Assembly: GCA_963668645.2 (NCBI GenBank)
Contig: CAXXWC010000022.1
Coordinates: forward strand, 64,001 to 128,000
DNA: 64,000 nucleotides
DNA from: Desulfobacterales bacterium
GTDB lineage: Bacteria; Desulfobacterota; Desulfobacteria; Desulfobacterales; UBA2174
Direction of reading: 5' to 3'
Positions 19,818-29,087 of this stretch are shown here, piece by piece; the stretch's first letter is position 1, and each line of letters opens with the position of its first letter. Below the pieces are notes generated by a model that saw only the letters and a program-made list of their open reading frames with translations, had not been told where the DNA came from and ran no database searches. Position numbers and translations under genes: made by a program.

Positions 19818-20327
19818 TTGCTCCCTTCCGTCATTCCGGGCCTGACCCGGAATCCATGCCTCAAAGCGCTCCAAAATCGGCCCATCATCACCGTGTCGCC
19901 GGAAACCTCCATCAGCACCAAGTCCGAATTCCGCCATTCCAGGAAGCCCATTTTGCTATTTTGAAAAAGCCGTAAAAAATGCCGAATTGCTCCTTTCCGT
20001 CATTCCGGACCTGATCCGGAATCCATGCCTCAAAGCGCTCCAAAATCAACCGATTATCACCGTGGTACCGGAAACCTCCATCAGCACCAGATCCGAATTC
20101 CGCCATTCCAGGGAGCCCGTTTTATCATTCTGAAAAAGCCGTAAAAAATGCCGAATACCTCCCTTCCGTCATTCCGGGCCTGACCCGGAATCCATTTTTC
20201 ATAGCGCTCCGGAATCGACCGATCATCACCGTGTTGTCACTGGAAACCACCATCAGCACCAGATCCCAATCCCGTCATTCCGGGAAGCCCTCTTTGTCAT
20301 TCCGAGGAGCCTGCGACGAGGAATCCC
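19818..20327. repeat. Three tandem ~169-bp imperfect repeats, each with a REP-like palindrome
   Basis: Units start at 19818, 19987 and 20156. Each contains GTCATTCCGG(G/A)CCTGA(C/T)CCGGAATCC; a related GTCATTCCGAGG...GGAATCCC closes the array. Confidence 0.9.
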
Positions 20328-20329
20328 AA

Positions 20330-20787
20330 CCTACCCATATCATGTACTCATGAAAAGCCTCACACATCGCTCAGAGTCCATCCCGCAAATTATTTTTCCT
20401 GACTTATGACCCTTGAATACACCACCATCAGAAGTTTGGGCCGCTTGCTTCCCCTGACTGTCAATTTTTGGGTTGATTTTCAGGCTTCAAACATGCCTAT
20501 AAAAATAATCAAGCACAGATGGCTTGATTCCGGGTGGATGCCGCTACGTTGCCGGCAACCGCCAGATTGGTCAAGAACCGGTCGATTTTCAGCGCTCATA
20601 CCCTTGGGGGGCTTTTTCCATGGAACGGAATATTGCATCTGCCCCAGTCGATGTATGTCTCCTCGTTGTAGATGGCGTAATGTCTGCGCTGGATCGCGTC
20701 TCGGATCTGGTCGAGTTGCTTTTGTGGAGGTCGGTCCCTGGTCGCCTGCTTGTTTGATGCTTGAGCACTGAAACAGGGATGCAGCAT
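20330..20787 (-). pseudogene. intI: Degenerate, truncated integron integrase
   Basis: Minus-strand translation across stops/frameshifts gives QLDQIRDAIQRRHY...YIDW...FHGK, RFLTNLAVAGNVAASTRNQAICA and SKRPKLLMVV. This matches the IntI N-terminus (LDQVR..IR.RHYS, FLT.LAV...VAASTQNQAL.A, AKRPKRLPVV). It is divergent from the cassette array. Confidence 0.85.
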
Positions 20788-20912
20788 AATATTTGCAACT
20801 GATTGTATATATAGATTTTTTTCATATTTTTGTTCCATAGACGACTTATTGCATGCCGGATAAACCATTATCCCGGGAGGCGCGGCCTATATCGAAACAG
20901 GTGGTTGGCCCA

Positions 20913-21012
20913 GCCTAACTCGATAAAAGTGGCAACCTAACCTGCCGGTCTGATGGGATATTTGGTCGGGAGCCAGAATTGGTTTGGGAGCCCAAACCAA
21001 TAATTGTTAGCA
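20913..21012 (+). other. attI region of the integron (crossover GTTAGCA at 21006)
   Basis: GTTAGCA lies between intI and cassette 1 and is complementary to TGCTAAC of attC1. The left boundary is approximate. Confidence 0.7.
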
Positions 21013-21027
21013 GCACAAGGAGAGATA

Positions 21028-21975
21028 GTGAGTATCCTTAAAAATGCAATTGACTCAATCGCTATAGGTCTTGAAGACTATGAATCTCCAGATGAAAGAA
21101 GAATCATTTCTTCAACAAGAAATATTTTTGCTGGGATCCTTCTTCTGTTTAAACATAAACTTTGTGAACTTAGCCCATCAGGTTCTGATGAAGCCCTCAT
21201 TAAACAGAAAGTGCTTCCGGCAATAGATGCCACAGGGGCTGTTAATTGGATTGGCAAAGGCAACAAAACTGTTGATGTCCAAAATATTAAAGAACGTTTT
21301 AAATCATTAAATATTGAAGTTGAGTGGGAAAGACTCGAAAGGATAAATAAATATCGTAATGATATAGAGCATTATTATAGCACTCTTAGAACTGAATCTG
21401 TTCAACAATTGATATCAGATTCATTCATTATTATAAGAGATTTTATATCTGATGAATTAAATGAAGATCCCAAAAAGATACTCGGTGAAGAATCTTGGGC
21501 AATACTCGTAGAAGTCAATGAAGTTTATGAAAAAGAAAAGTTAGAGTGTAATACATCTATAGAACGACTTGAATATTATAGTAGTGAAATTGCCAATGCC
21601 TTTATAGCCTTTCAATGCAGCGAATGTGGCTCTGACCTTATAGAATCAACTAAAAATGGTGGTGATGCATTAGAGTCGAGTTTTTGCTGCCGTTCATGTG
21701 GCCATACAGAGGCTTATGAGGAGATTGTCAGGCAGGCTGTTTCTGACTATTATGCTGGAGAAGTTTATCTGTCTTTTACTGATGGTGGTGATATCCCAAT
21801 TATTGATTGTCCTGAGTGCAATGGAATCTATCTATATAATGAAGGTATTTGTTCTTCTTGCGGGTATACAGCTGAACATACTTGTCAAAGGTGCGGTTCG
21901 TCAATAATGCCGGAAGAGTTATCCGAAGAACCGTTTTGTGGCTACTGTTCACATATGATGTCGAAAGATGATTGA
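21028..21975 (+). CDS. Cassette 1: HEPN-motif (RNDIEH) protein with C-terminal multi-CxxC zinc ribbons
   Basis: AT-rich promoterless ORF, RBS AAGGAG, GTG start; RxxxxH motif plus six CxxC pairs. Confidence 0.75.
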   Translation: MSILKNAIDSIAIGLEDYESPDERRIISSTRNIFAGILLLFKHKLCELSPSGSDEALIKQKVLPAIDATGAVNWIGKGNKTVDVQNIKERFKSLNIEVEWERLERINKYRNDIEHYYSTLRTESVQQLISDSFIIIRDFISDELNEDPKKILGEESWAILVEVNEVYEKEKLECNTSIERLEYYSSEIANAFIAFQCSECGSDLIESTKNGGDALESSFCCRSCGHTEAYEEIVRQAVSDYYAGEVYLSFTDGGDIPIIDCPECNGIYLYNEGICSSCGYTAEHTCQRCGSSIMPEELSEEPFCGYCSHMMSKDD

Positions 21976-21978
21976 TGC

Positions 21979-22038
21979 TGCTAACAAGGCTACTGCAGCC
22001 GACGCAAAAAGCCGCGCGGCTGAGTAGCAGCGTTAGCC
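21979..22038 (+). other. attC site 1
   Basis: TGCTAAC ... CTACTGCAGCCG / CGGCTGAGTAG ... GTTAGCC, an imperfect palindrome with extrahelical bases. Confidence 0.92.
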
Positions 22039-22098
22039 GGGGATAATGACAAGAAGCAATTTACAGAAAACTTAAACACTGACAGAAGGCTTCATATC

Positions 22099-22359
22099 AT
22101 GAATCAAAATGAAAAACCGCCAATAGAGGCTGGTGATGTCCGAATTGGAGAGGGCAATCCAACCCCTTTTCTGATTATCAATTTTTCTGCTAAAGAGCCT
22201 AAAAGACGCATTTCGTTAGTTGTAAATGCAATTGAAGAACTTTATAGGGCACTTGGTGGAGGTCGATTAGAAAGGGATCTAATTATAGAATCTGATGGAA
22301 TTCAAATGTTGTTTGAATCAAAGGTAGCCAATAATGGAAAAAAACAAACAGCATCTTGA
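22099..22359 (+). CDS. Cassette 2 ORF A, hypothetical
   Basis: AT-rich ORF between attC1 and attC2. Confidence 0.55.
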   Translation: MNQNEKPPIEAGDVRIGEGNPTPFLIINFSAKEPKRRISLVVNAIEELYRALGGGRLERDLIIESDGIQMLFESKVANNGKKQTAS

Positions 22360-22771
22360 ACGCCAATTCGTTCGTTTAATTGAAAAAGATCCAAGATGGG
22401 AGAGGCTCTCAGAAGATTTGTTTACCTTAATTGAGGGATTGGTTAAGTCAGTCTCAAAAAATAGCGATTCAAATGAAGGGAGAAAGGTCTCTTCGGCAGA
22501 GGCGGCGTTTAGCATTGCATCTGACTGGGCTAAAGCGAAAGTTGACAAGCCAATACTTGAAACTGAAAAACTAAAAGCAGAGATTCGTCGAATTCACTCT
22601 GAAGCTGAGACTAACGAAGCCCAGGCTGAAGCAACTCGTCTTGAAAACTCACTGAAAAAACTTGAATTCGCAATAAAGTCTCTTGAATATGCCGAGAAGG
22701 TTACGTTAGTTAGGGAAAAACAAGGTGGTGCGAAATTTACCTTAGCTGATTATTCTGATCCAGAAGATTGA
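22334..22771 (+). CDS. Cassette 2 ORF B, coiled-coil hypothetical protein
   Basis: ORF ends about 35 bp before the attC2 inverse core. Confidence 0.65.
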   Translation: MEKNKQHLERQFVRLIEKDPRWERLSEDLFTLIEGLVKSVSKNSDSNEGRKVSSAEAAFSIASDWAKAKVDKPILETEKLKAEIRRIHSEAETNEAQAEATRLENSLKKLEFAIKSLEYAEKVTLVREKQGGAKFTLADYSDPED

Positions 22772-22810
22772 GAAGAATATTGTAGGAACTGATATTAAAA
22801 AAATTTGGCT

Positions 22811-24745
22811 ATCGGGATAGGGAGTGACCTCACGGCCACCCCCTCCCACACCACCCGGCATACGGATCGCGTACCAAGGCGGTTCGGCTGATCAGGAAGG
22901 TTAATTTCCGGGAAGGTATAATCCTTTTTCGATGAAATAGCGCTCCGGCATTGCGATGACGACCCACTTGACCTTGCTCATCCGCCAGTGTTTCTTGCGG
23001 GCATTCCCGCAGGTCATGGCATGCGCGTGGTCGATACCGAGCTTTTCGAGATTGTGTACTTTGGTTCTCGGGTTCTTCCACTGTTTCCAGACGAGACAGC
23101 GAAGCCGCCTGATGGTCCAGGTTTTCAGTGCTTTCAGGATGTGCCTGGCTTCGGCGAGGCGGAAGTAATTCCACCACCCTCTGAGGTACATGTTCAGCTC
23201 TTTGACAACCTGGTGCAGACTTTTCCCACAGTTCCGGTCCGTCAGTTCCCGGACCCGACGCTTGAACCGCTCAGTGGTTTTGGCGTGGATTCGGATTTTC
23301 GACTGGCCGTACATGTGGAAAAACGTAAATCCGAGGAACTTGCGCAACCACGGACGACTGACAGCGCTTTTCTCCTCGTTTACCTTGAGCCTGAGTCTGA
23401 CGGTCAAGAACCTGGTGATGCTCGCGTACACCCGCTCGGCCGCTTTAAGGCTTTTGCAGTAGATCCTGAAGTCGTCGGCGTATCTGACGAATTTGTGCCC
23501 TCTGGCTTCCAATTCCTTATCCAGTTCGTCCAGGACGACATTGGAAAGTAGTGGTGACAGCGGTCCGCCCTGGGGCGTGCCTTCGTCAGTATAGATCACC
23601 ACACCGTTGATCATCGTTCCGGCGTTCAGGTACCCGCGGATCAACTTCAGTACACGTTTGTCCGCCATCCTGGACGCCAGCCGACTCATCAGCCGGTCGT
23701 GGTTGACCCGGTCGAAGAACTTCGACAGATCCATGTCGACAACGTAGGTATATCCATCCAGCAGGTATTGCTTGGACTGCAGGAGCGCATCGTGGGCCGA
23801 TCTTCCAGGTCTGAATCCATAGCTGAACTCGGAAAAGATCGGATCCCAGATCTGCCCCACCATCTGGGCAATGGCCTGTTGGATGACCCTGTCCAGCACG
23901 GTTGGAATCCCGAGCAGGCGAACCCCGCCGTCCGGTTTGTCGATCTCCTTTCGCCTCACCGGCAAGGGTTGGTAGCTCCCATCGAGCAATGCCGCCCTGA
24001 TTTTCGGCCAGTGCCGCCTCAGGTAGACTCCGATCTGATCGACGGTAATCTTGTCAATGCCCGGAGCGCCCTTGTTGGCACAAACCTGTTTCAGGGCCAT
24101 GAACATATTCCGGCGGTCAAGGATCATTTCCAGCAGCCGGTCATTTCCTCCCAGACTTTCGGACATCTGCGACGCTATGAACATTTCCATCTGCTGAGGC
24201 CTTATGTTCATAAGTACGCACCTCCTACTGGTCAGTATCATTTACCCAAACCATTCGGCTGGGTACCGTTCGGGCCTTCGTCGGGGTGAGACTTCCGGGT
24301 ATTCTTCTCCCTTTATTTGGGAGGCCCGGCTCGTTTCCACCGGCTACTATGCCCTCTGCTGACTTCTGCCTCGCGGTAGCCTCCCCTTACGGTTTGGTCA
24401 GTCCGCCGAAACGGACGGCAAGGCAGCTCTCCCGGGGTGAACACGCATCTTTCCGCACGTGAACGCCGAGTATACGTCCTTGGCCTATGATGGATAGAGG
24501 ACTTCGCCTTGTGTTGCAGGCTCGTCCCACCAAGACCGCCTGACTCGATTCTTGTTCATCGCCCCGTGCGTTCGCGGTACCCTGCCGCAGCAGGGCGGCC
24601 TCCTTCCCAGACCCCGTCGCCGGAAGCCCGGTTGCCATACCGCTATGCCCTTCGCCTCCACCTGGCTGGGCTTGGGACTTGCTGAGGCCGCAGATATCGG
24701 GTAAGCTCAGCGCACCCTTGAGAATACGTGCCGTGCCCGGCACAC
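22811..24745 (-). mobile_element. Group II intron (class C, attC-targeting), apparently intact
   Basis: 5' end GTGTGCCGGGCACGG at 24745; domain V GAACCGCC...GGTGGTGTG; 3' end CCTATCCCGAT at 22811. Removing it restores GGCT|AAC, the attC inverse core. Confidence 0.93.
22901..24211 (-). CDS. ltrA: Group II intron reverse transcriptase/maturase, no endonuclease domain
   Basis: RLLGIPTVLDR, GTPQGGPLSPLL, RYADD and GWWNYF maturase; RBS AGGAGG before ATG 24211. Confidence 0.95.
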   Translation of the reverse strand: MNIRPQQMEMFIASQMSESLGGNDRLLEMILDRRNMFMALKQVCANKGAPGIDKITVDQIGVYLRRHWPKIRAALLDGSYQPLPVRRKEIDKPDGGVRLLGIPTVLDRVIQQAIAQMVGQIWDPIFSEFSYGFRPGRSAHDALLQSKQYLLDGYTYVVDMDLSKFFDRVNHDRLMSRLASRMADKRVLKLIRGYLNAGTMINGVVIYTDEGTPQGGPLSPLLSNVVLDELDKELEARGHKFVRYADDFRIYCKSLKAAERVYASITRFLTVRLRLKVNEEKSAVSRPWLRKFLGFTFFHMYGQSKIRIHAKTTERFKRRVRELTDRNCGKSLHQVVKELNMYLRGWWNYFRLAEARHILKALKTWTIRRLRCLVWKQWKNPRTKVHNLEKLGIDHAHAMTCGNARKKHWRMSKVKWVVIAMPERYFIEKGLYLPGN

Positions 24746-24800
24746 AACCACTGCTTCCAGCCGACGCTCGTACCTCGCGCGGCTGAAGCATACGTTAGGC
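24746..24800 (+). other. attC site 2 (its first bases GGCT lie at 22807-22810, before the intron)
   Basis: AAC-CACTGCTTCCAGCCG...CGGCTGAAGCATAC-GTTAGGC. Confidence 0.9.
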
Positions 24801-24811
24801 ATTAACGAACT

Positions 24812-25318
24812 ATGTGTACAACTACAACATCACCAGGCTCACTGTCAGATATCGAGAAGGCCAGATTAGACCACCTCAAACTTCAATACGAAGAAGGGGC
24901 ACGGATCATTCGCTACTATATCGAATGTCGTTATAAGATATTGCAGTTTGTTGGGTATTTTAACGCTGCAATCTTAACCTTTGGGTTCAGCCAAAATGTA
25001 CTTCTTTCTTCCGAGAAGGCATTCGCTGGTTTGTGCGTATGTTTCCTTGCCATCTTTGTAGCATTGATGGGATTCGCAACAGAATACTCAGTTACATCAT
25101 ATATTTATGGCTATTTTGAAGCTTTGAGAGAAACCGAAAAGTCCTATACAACTATTCTGGGTTCTGCTATCCCAACAGGAATAATTACGCACAGCAGGAC
25201 AACCATTTTGAAAAGTAAAATTCACAAGATTCTACCAGTGCACCGTGCACACAAAATATTCTATAGTCTGCTGCTTGTGTTTTGGGCTATTCTCACTGCC
25301 TTACAGGCAACTTTATAA
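24812..25318 (+). CDS. Cassette 3: small membrane protein (about 3 TM helices)
   Basis: ORF fills the space between GTTAGGC and GCCTAAC; hydrophobic segments. Confidence 0.75.
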   Translation: MCTTTTSPGSLSDIEKARLDHLKLQYEEGARIIRYYIECRYKILQFVGYFNAAILTFGFSQNVLLSSEKAFAGLCVCFLAIFVALMGFATEYSVTSYIYGYFEALRETEKSYTTILGSAIPTGIITHSRTTILKSKIHKILPVHRAHKIFYSLLLVFWAILTALQATL

Positions 25319-25328
25319 TTTAAACACG

Positions 25329-25390
25329 GCCTAACATGCTGGTGCTAGGGACCGCTCGTACCTCGCGGCCTCAGACCAGCGGCGTTAGCC
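25329..25390 (+). other. attC site 3
   Basis: GCCTAAC-ATGCTGGT...ACCAGCGGC-GTTAGCC. Confidence 0.88.
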
Positions 25391-25603
25391 CTTGGAAAAC
25401 ACTATGAGAACTGAAGATTTTTTCAAATTATCAATGGAGCAATTATTGGGGCTCGAAAAAACAGAAGTCGATAAATATTTCAAAAAATTTAGAAGAAACT
25501 TCAAAAATATACCAAGTGTTTTAGAGTCATTAGACAAAAATATAACAGACAATAATGGAGCCCCACTAACGACAAAAGAAATTAATGCAGATGTTGAAAT
25601 ATT

Positions 25604-27499
25604 GACAAGCTCGTAAAAAGTCATCGTTCGAATCAAGCCACGTTATGAGCATATGACCGTAACATGGGCTCCCCGGCGACCCAACCGTCGATCGAACGGA
25701 AAATGCCGCCGATTCGCTCTTTGAAAAGCCGAAAAACACGACAAACACCCTGGTTCCGGTCTGTTTTGGCCCCGCAGGCCCGCATCCGGGCCTGCCTGGC
25801 CGCTACTGCCCGCATGATGTTGAGCGCCGTGGCCTTCATCACCGCGGCATAGTGTACGGCCTTTCGGCCTCTGACCCTCAAGCGTTTAACTCCCGTAAGT
25901 CGATCATACTGGCTCATGGTCGCCTCAACCCCGGCGCGTCACCGGTACTTTTGCCTGAATTGTTCACTGCGTTCATACTGGCGCCGTTTGGCGATGCGAA
26001 GATTTTTTTCAGTGTAGTTCAGGCAGAAAAACTTGGCCTTCCTTTTCACGACACAGTCGGATACCAGCAGGCATTTTTCGCAAAGATCAATTTCAAAACC
26101 CTGGGTGTAACGATCCTTCTTTTTCTTTCGCAAAGCCGGTTCGTGGCCGGCCGGGCATTTGTCCACATGTCCGTTGGCAAGAAACTGAAAGTCGCTCAGG
26201 TTACCCGATTCACGTTTCTCGACCCCCATGGCAGGGCTGATCACCTCGACACCCAACTCGGCGGCCTGCTGGCAATTTTCATCCGAACCGTAAAGGGAAT
26301 CGGCCTGCACCTGCTCGGGCGCCAGACCCGTTTCCAAGGTCGCCTGGATGGCGGGCAACAGCGCCTGCGCATCGCTGCGGCAAGCCGGTTCCACCTCGAC
26401 GTGGGTGATCAGATTCAACTGGCCAGGATCCTTGGCTGCACTTTCGTGCTCGCTGTAGGTCTCCATGATTTGAACCTGGTAGCCCTGGCCTTTGTGGCCG
26501 CTGTAAGCCGCATCCGGATCGGACGGGTTTTGCAGCGAATCGGAACGGATCTGTTTGGGCGCCTTGACCTCGACGGTGCCATCGTCATGCACATCCAACT
26601 GGTCTTTGACAATCCGGCAAAGCAGCTTGTAGCTGTTCATGTCGGCCACCTGCCGGTTGGCGGCAAACTGGGTTGCCAGCCGGTACAGGTCGCCGGCGAC
26701 ATCGGACAACACCCTTTTGGACTCCGACGGCTTGACTCCGGCAAAACACTGCCTGGCCTTTTCGCCATGATAACGCTGGATCAGTTCCTCATCGATCCGG
26801 CCGTACAGGATCGGGTGGTGGCGTTTGAGGTTGACCAGGAATCGATCGATGCCTTTGACGAAAATCCCGATGCGCCCGAGACGGGCCATGTTGGAACGGA
26901 TGTGAACCGAATCCTGGCGCTGAAGACGAGTATCGACCTTGAACATTTCGGCCAGTTTGACCGCCACGGTATCGAACAGATCGTTTTCCAGTCTCAGCTC
27001 GGTGGCCAGAATACGCATGGTCCACAGGGTTTTGGGGCAGATGTACTTGGCCTCGTCGCTTTCTTCATACAGGTCCAGCGCATAGTGCCATTGGAGGTTG
27101 AACGCCAGTTGTTCGCATGCTTCACGGTCCGTTAGGTCGAAAGTCTGCTGTAAGGACAGCGCACCGAGAACGGTATTCAGTTCCTTGGTCGGTCGGCCCT
27201 GATCGCTGGGAAAAAGCAAAGCGAGTTTTTCGACGGGAAGTTCGTCGAGAATGTGATTGTGGAAAAACCCGGGCCATCCCTGTTCGAGGATCTCGCGGCG
27301 TTTAGGACTGAGAAACTGCCACGGGTCGAACAAATGTTGTTGTTTTCGGTCTTTTATTCGAAGCATGGCTTCCTCATGGCAAACTATCGGATTTATTAAA
27401 TAATGTTGCCATAAAGAGCTGATTTTGTCAACAGGTTTCAAATATTTTTATGCCGATTTTTCAGCATGTTAGACAGCGGGGACTTTTTACGAAGGCATC
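25604..27499 (-). mobile_element. IS element (IS1182/IS5-like DDE) with 6-bp target duplication AATATT
   Basis: Ends GACAAGCTCGTAAAAAGTC / GACTTTTTACGAAGGCATC; AATATT at 25598-25603 and 27500-27505. Confidence 0.88.
25633..27366 (-). pseudogene. Transposase with in-frame TGA at 25939-25941
   Basis: ...QKYR*RAGVEATMSQYDR... continues in the same frame; QGRPTKEL, QDSVHI and LQNPSDPDA motifs. Confidence 0.8.
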
Positions 27500-28051
27500 A
27501 ATATTAAGTCATCACTTGAAAAGTGATACACCAATCGTTCAAAATTTGTTCCACGACTTTTATATAAATAGAGTTAAACTATTCATAGAAGAAATAAAGC
27601 TCCAAACTGAATTCATAAAACAGTCCTATTCTGAATATGAGAATGAAAAAAAGGCATATTCAATTAACGCCAAAAAGATATTTCTACATATTCATCATTT
27701 TTCAGTTCATGTTGCAAATGTTTGCAAACTGTATGATAAGCTAAATGATTTTTTGTTTCTCCCTTCCCATGATGACTCAGATGTCAATACTACCTTAACA
27801 AAAGAGTTAAGAAATCATCTTGAACATTTTGAGGAAAGGTTAGAAGCTTGGAATTATTTGCATTTTGGCAATCCCATTCTTGATATGAATATTATAAATA
27901 GTTCTACAAAGGGAATTAAGTTAGAGAATTGTCTTAGGGTTCTTGACGTTGACAAAGATACCTTTCATATTTTAGGTGAAAGCTATTCAATTAAAGAATT
28001 ATATGAAACTGTGAATATTATTGAGAAAAAAATATTGAAATTAGAGAAATG

Positions 28052-28111
28052 GGCTAACAAAGCTATTTCAGCCGACACAAAAAGCCGCGCGGCTGAATAG
28101 CAACGTTATGT
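28052..28111 (+). other. attC site 4
   Basis: GGCTAAC-AAAGCTATTTCAGCCG...CGGCTGAATAGCAAC-GTTATGT. Confidence 0.92.
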
Positions 28112-28121
28112 GGAGAGAAAC

Positions 28122-28406
28122 ATGGACCAAAAATTTTGGAATATCGGAAAGCCAGTAGATCAACTCATTGAGAAATGTTCAGGAGTTATCAAGATTCTTT
28201 GCAAATGCTCTCGATTCGGATAGCACAATTACCATCCTGCCGATCCCGATAAAACTAAAAACTTCTATCTGGTACTGAATGAGCTGGATGATTTGGAGCA
28301 GAGAATAACTGAATTTCGTGGGTGGGTAGAGATTCACCGCCCACATAACCAAGCAAATTCAGGCGGACCCCAAAGCCGTGTTCGCCCACTTGTCAAGGCC
28401 ATGTAA
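28122..28406 (+). pseudogene. Cassette 5: small phage-like (possibly MazG-like) gene with internal TAG at 28221
   Basis: RBS GGAG. MDQKFWNIGKPVDQLIEKCSGVIKILCKCSRFG*HNYHP...NELDDL stays open after the stop. The family call is tentative. Confidence 0.5.
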
Positions 28407-28462
28407 CACATCCGTGTGAAAAGTGCGGTCAACAATGGGGCCGCTGATTAGCGACGCCGCAT
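28343..28462 (+). other. attC site 5, long loop, degenerate right core
   Basis: ACATAAC (complement of the cassette start GTTATGT); arms ATTCAGGCGGACCCC / GGGGCCGCTGATT; GCC where GTT is expected. Confidence 0.6.
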
Positions 28463-28482
28463 ATCAAGCTGAGAACGATATC

Positions 28483-28737
28483 ATGGATTTTCTTGAACAA
28501 TATTTATATAGAGCAAATGATATAATTGGTAACCGTACTAAAGATGAAGAACGGTATGACCATGAGGTATTGCGATGGCTCCGGAAAGGGAAAGGGATTA
28601 AAAAGGCCCTCAATAAAGCAAATAAGAAATATCCAAAAGAGGCTTTGAAGGTTGATGGCAACATTATCAATGATGTAGCCTCCCACTACGATTATTTATT
28701 GGAGCATGATAATATTATTCGAAAGATTTCACATTAA
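28483..28737 (+). CDS. Small hypothetical protein
   Basis: 84-aa AT-rich ORF MDFLEQYLYRAN... Confidence 0.6.
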   Translation: MDFLEQYLYRANDIIGNRTKDEERYDHEVLRWLRKGKGIKKALNKANKKYPKEALKVDGNIINDVASHYDYLLEHDNIIRKISH

Positions 28738-29015
28738 TAAATCGCTTTCAGCGAACAAATCAGTATTCCCAAGCTTTTGTTAAATTCAGAGAAGGATGGC
28801 GGAGCTGAGGATAATCGAAAAATGTTTGAAATATTTGGTGAGCCCAAAGAACTCCTTTTTTATTCTCGATACTCAGGAAGACTCAACTCCTACGGTTATG
28901 CGAAAGGCAAATCTTGCCTGAAGTCACCTTCATATTGACATTTTTCTACCCAGGCAAACTGAGCCATTTCTCTTGGTGAACATTCAATTTCCAATTCAGG
29001 TCGTGCTCTTTTTTT

Positions 29016-29047
29016 AACATAACTGTTGCGCGCGCAACAGTTATGTT
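29016..29047. promoter_or_regulatory. Perfect 32-bp palindrome, likely MarR operator
   Basis: AACATAACTGTTGCGC|GCGCAACAGTTATGTT, 40 bp upstream of marR. Confidence 0.7.
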
Positions 29048-29087
29048 GTAAAAGAATTCCAAATACAATGAAAAAGGAGCCAAGTAT

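Larger units (their letters stand above)
25404..28100 (+). pseudogene. Cassette 4 gene (HEPN-like RNHLEH motif) split by an IS
   Basis: Removing 25604-27505 rejoins ...ADVEI|LSHHLKSD... in frame (about 265 aa); the ORF ends inside attC4. Confidence 0.85.

Noticed and set aside
19818..20327. Possible CRISPR array
   Set aside because: The whole 169-bp unit is repeated, there are no unique spacers, and there are no cas genes in the window.
22901..24211. RT as a retron, DGR or defence-associated RT
   Set aside because: It has a maturase domain, flanking domain V/VI and intron termini, so it is a group II intron.
25939..25941. TGA in the transposase as selenocysteine
   Set aside because: The context YR*RAGVE is not a redox motif; a TGG-to-TGA nonsense change is simpler, and I see no convincing SECIS.
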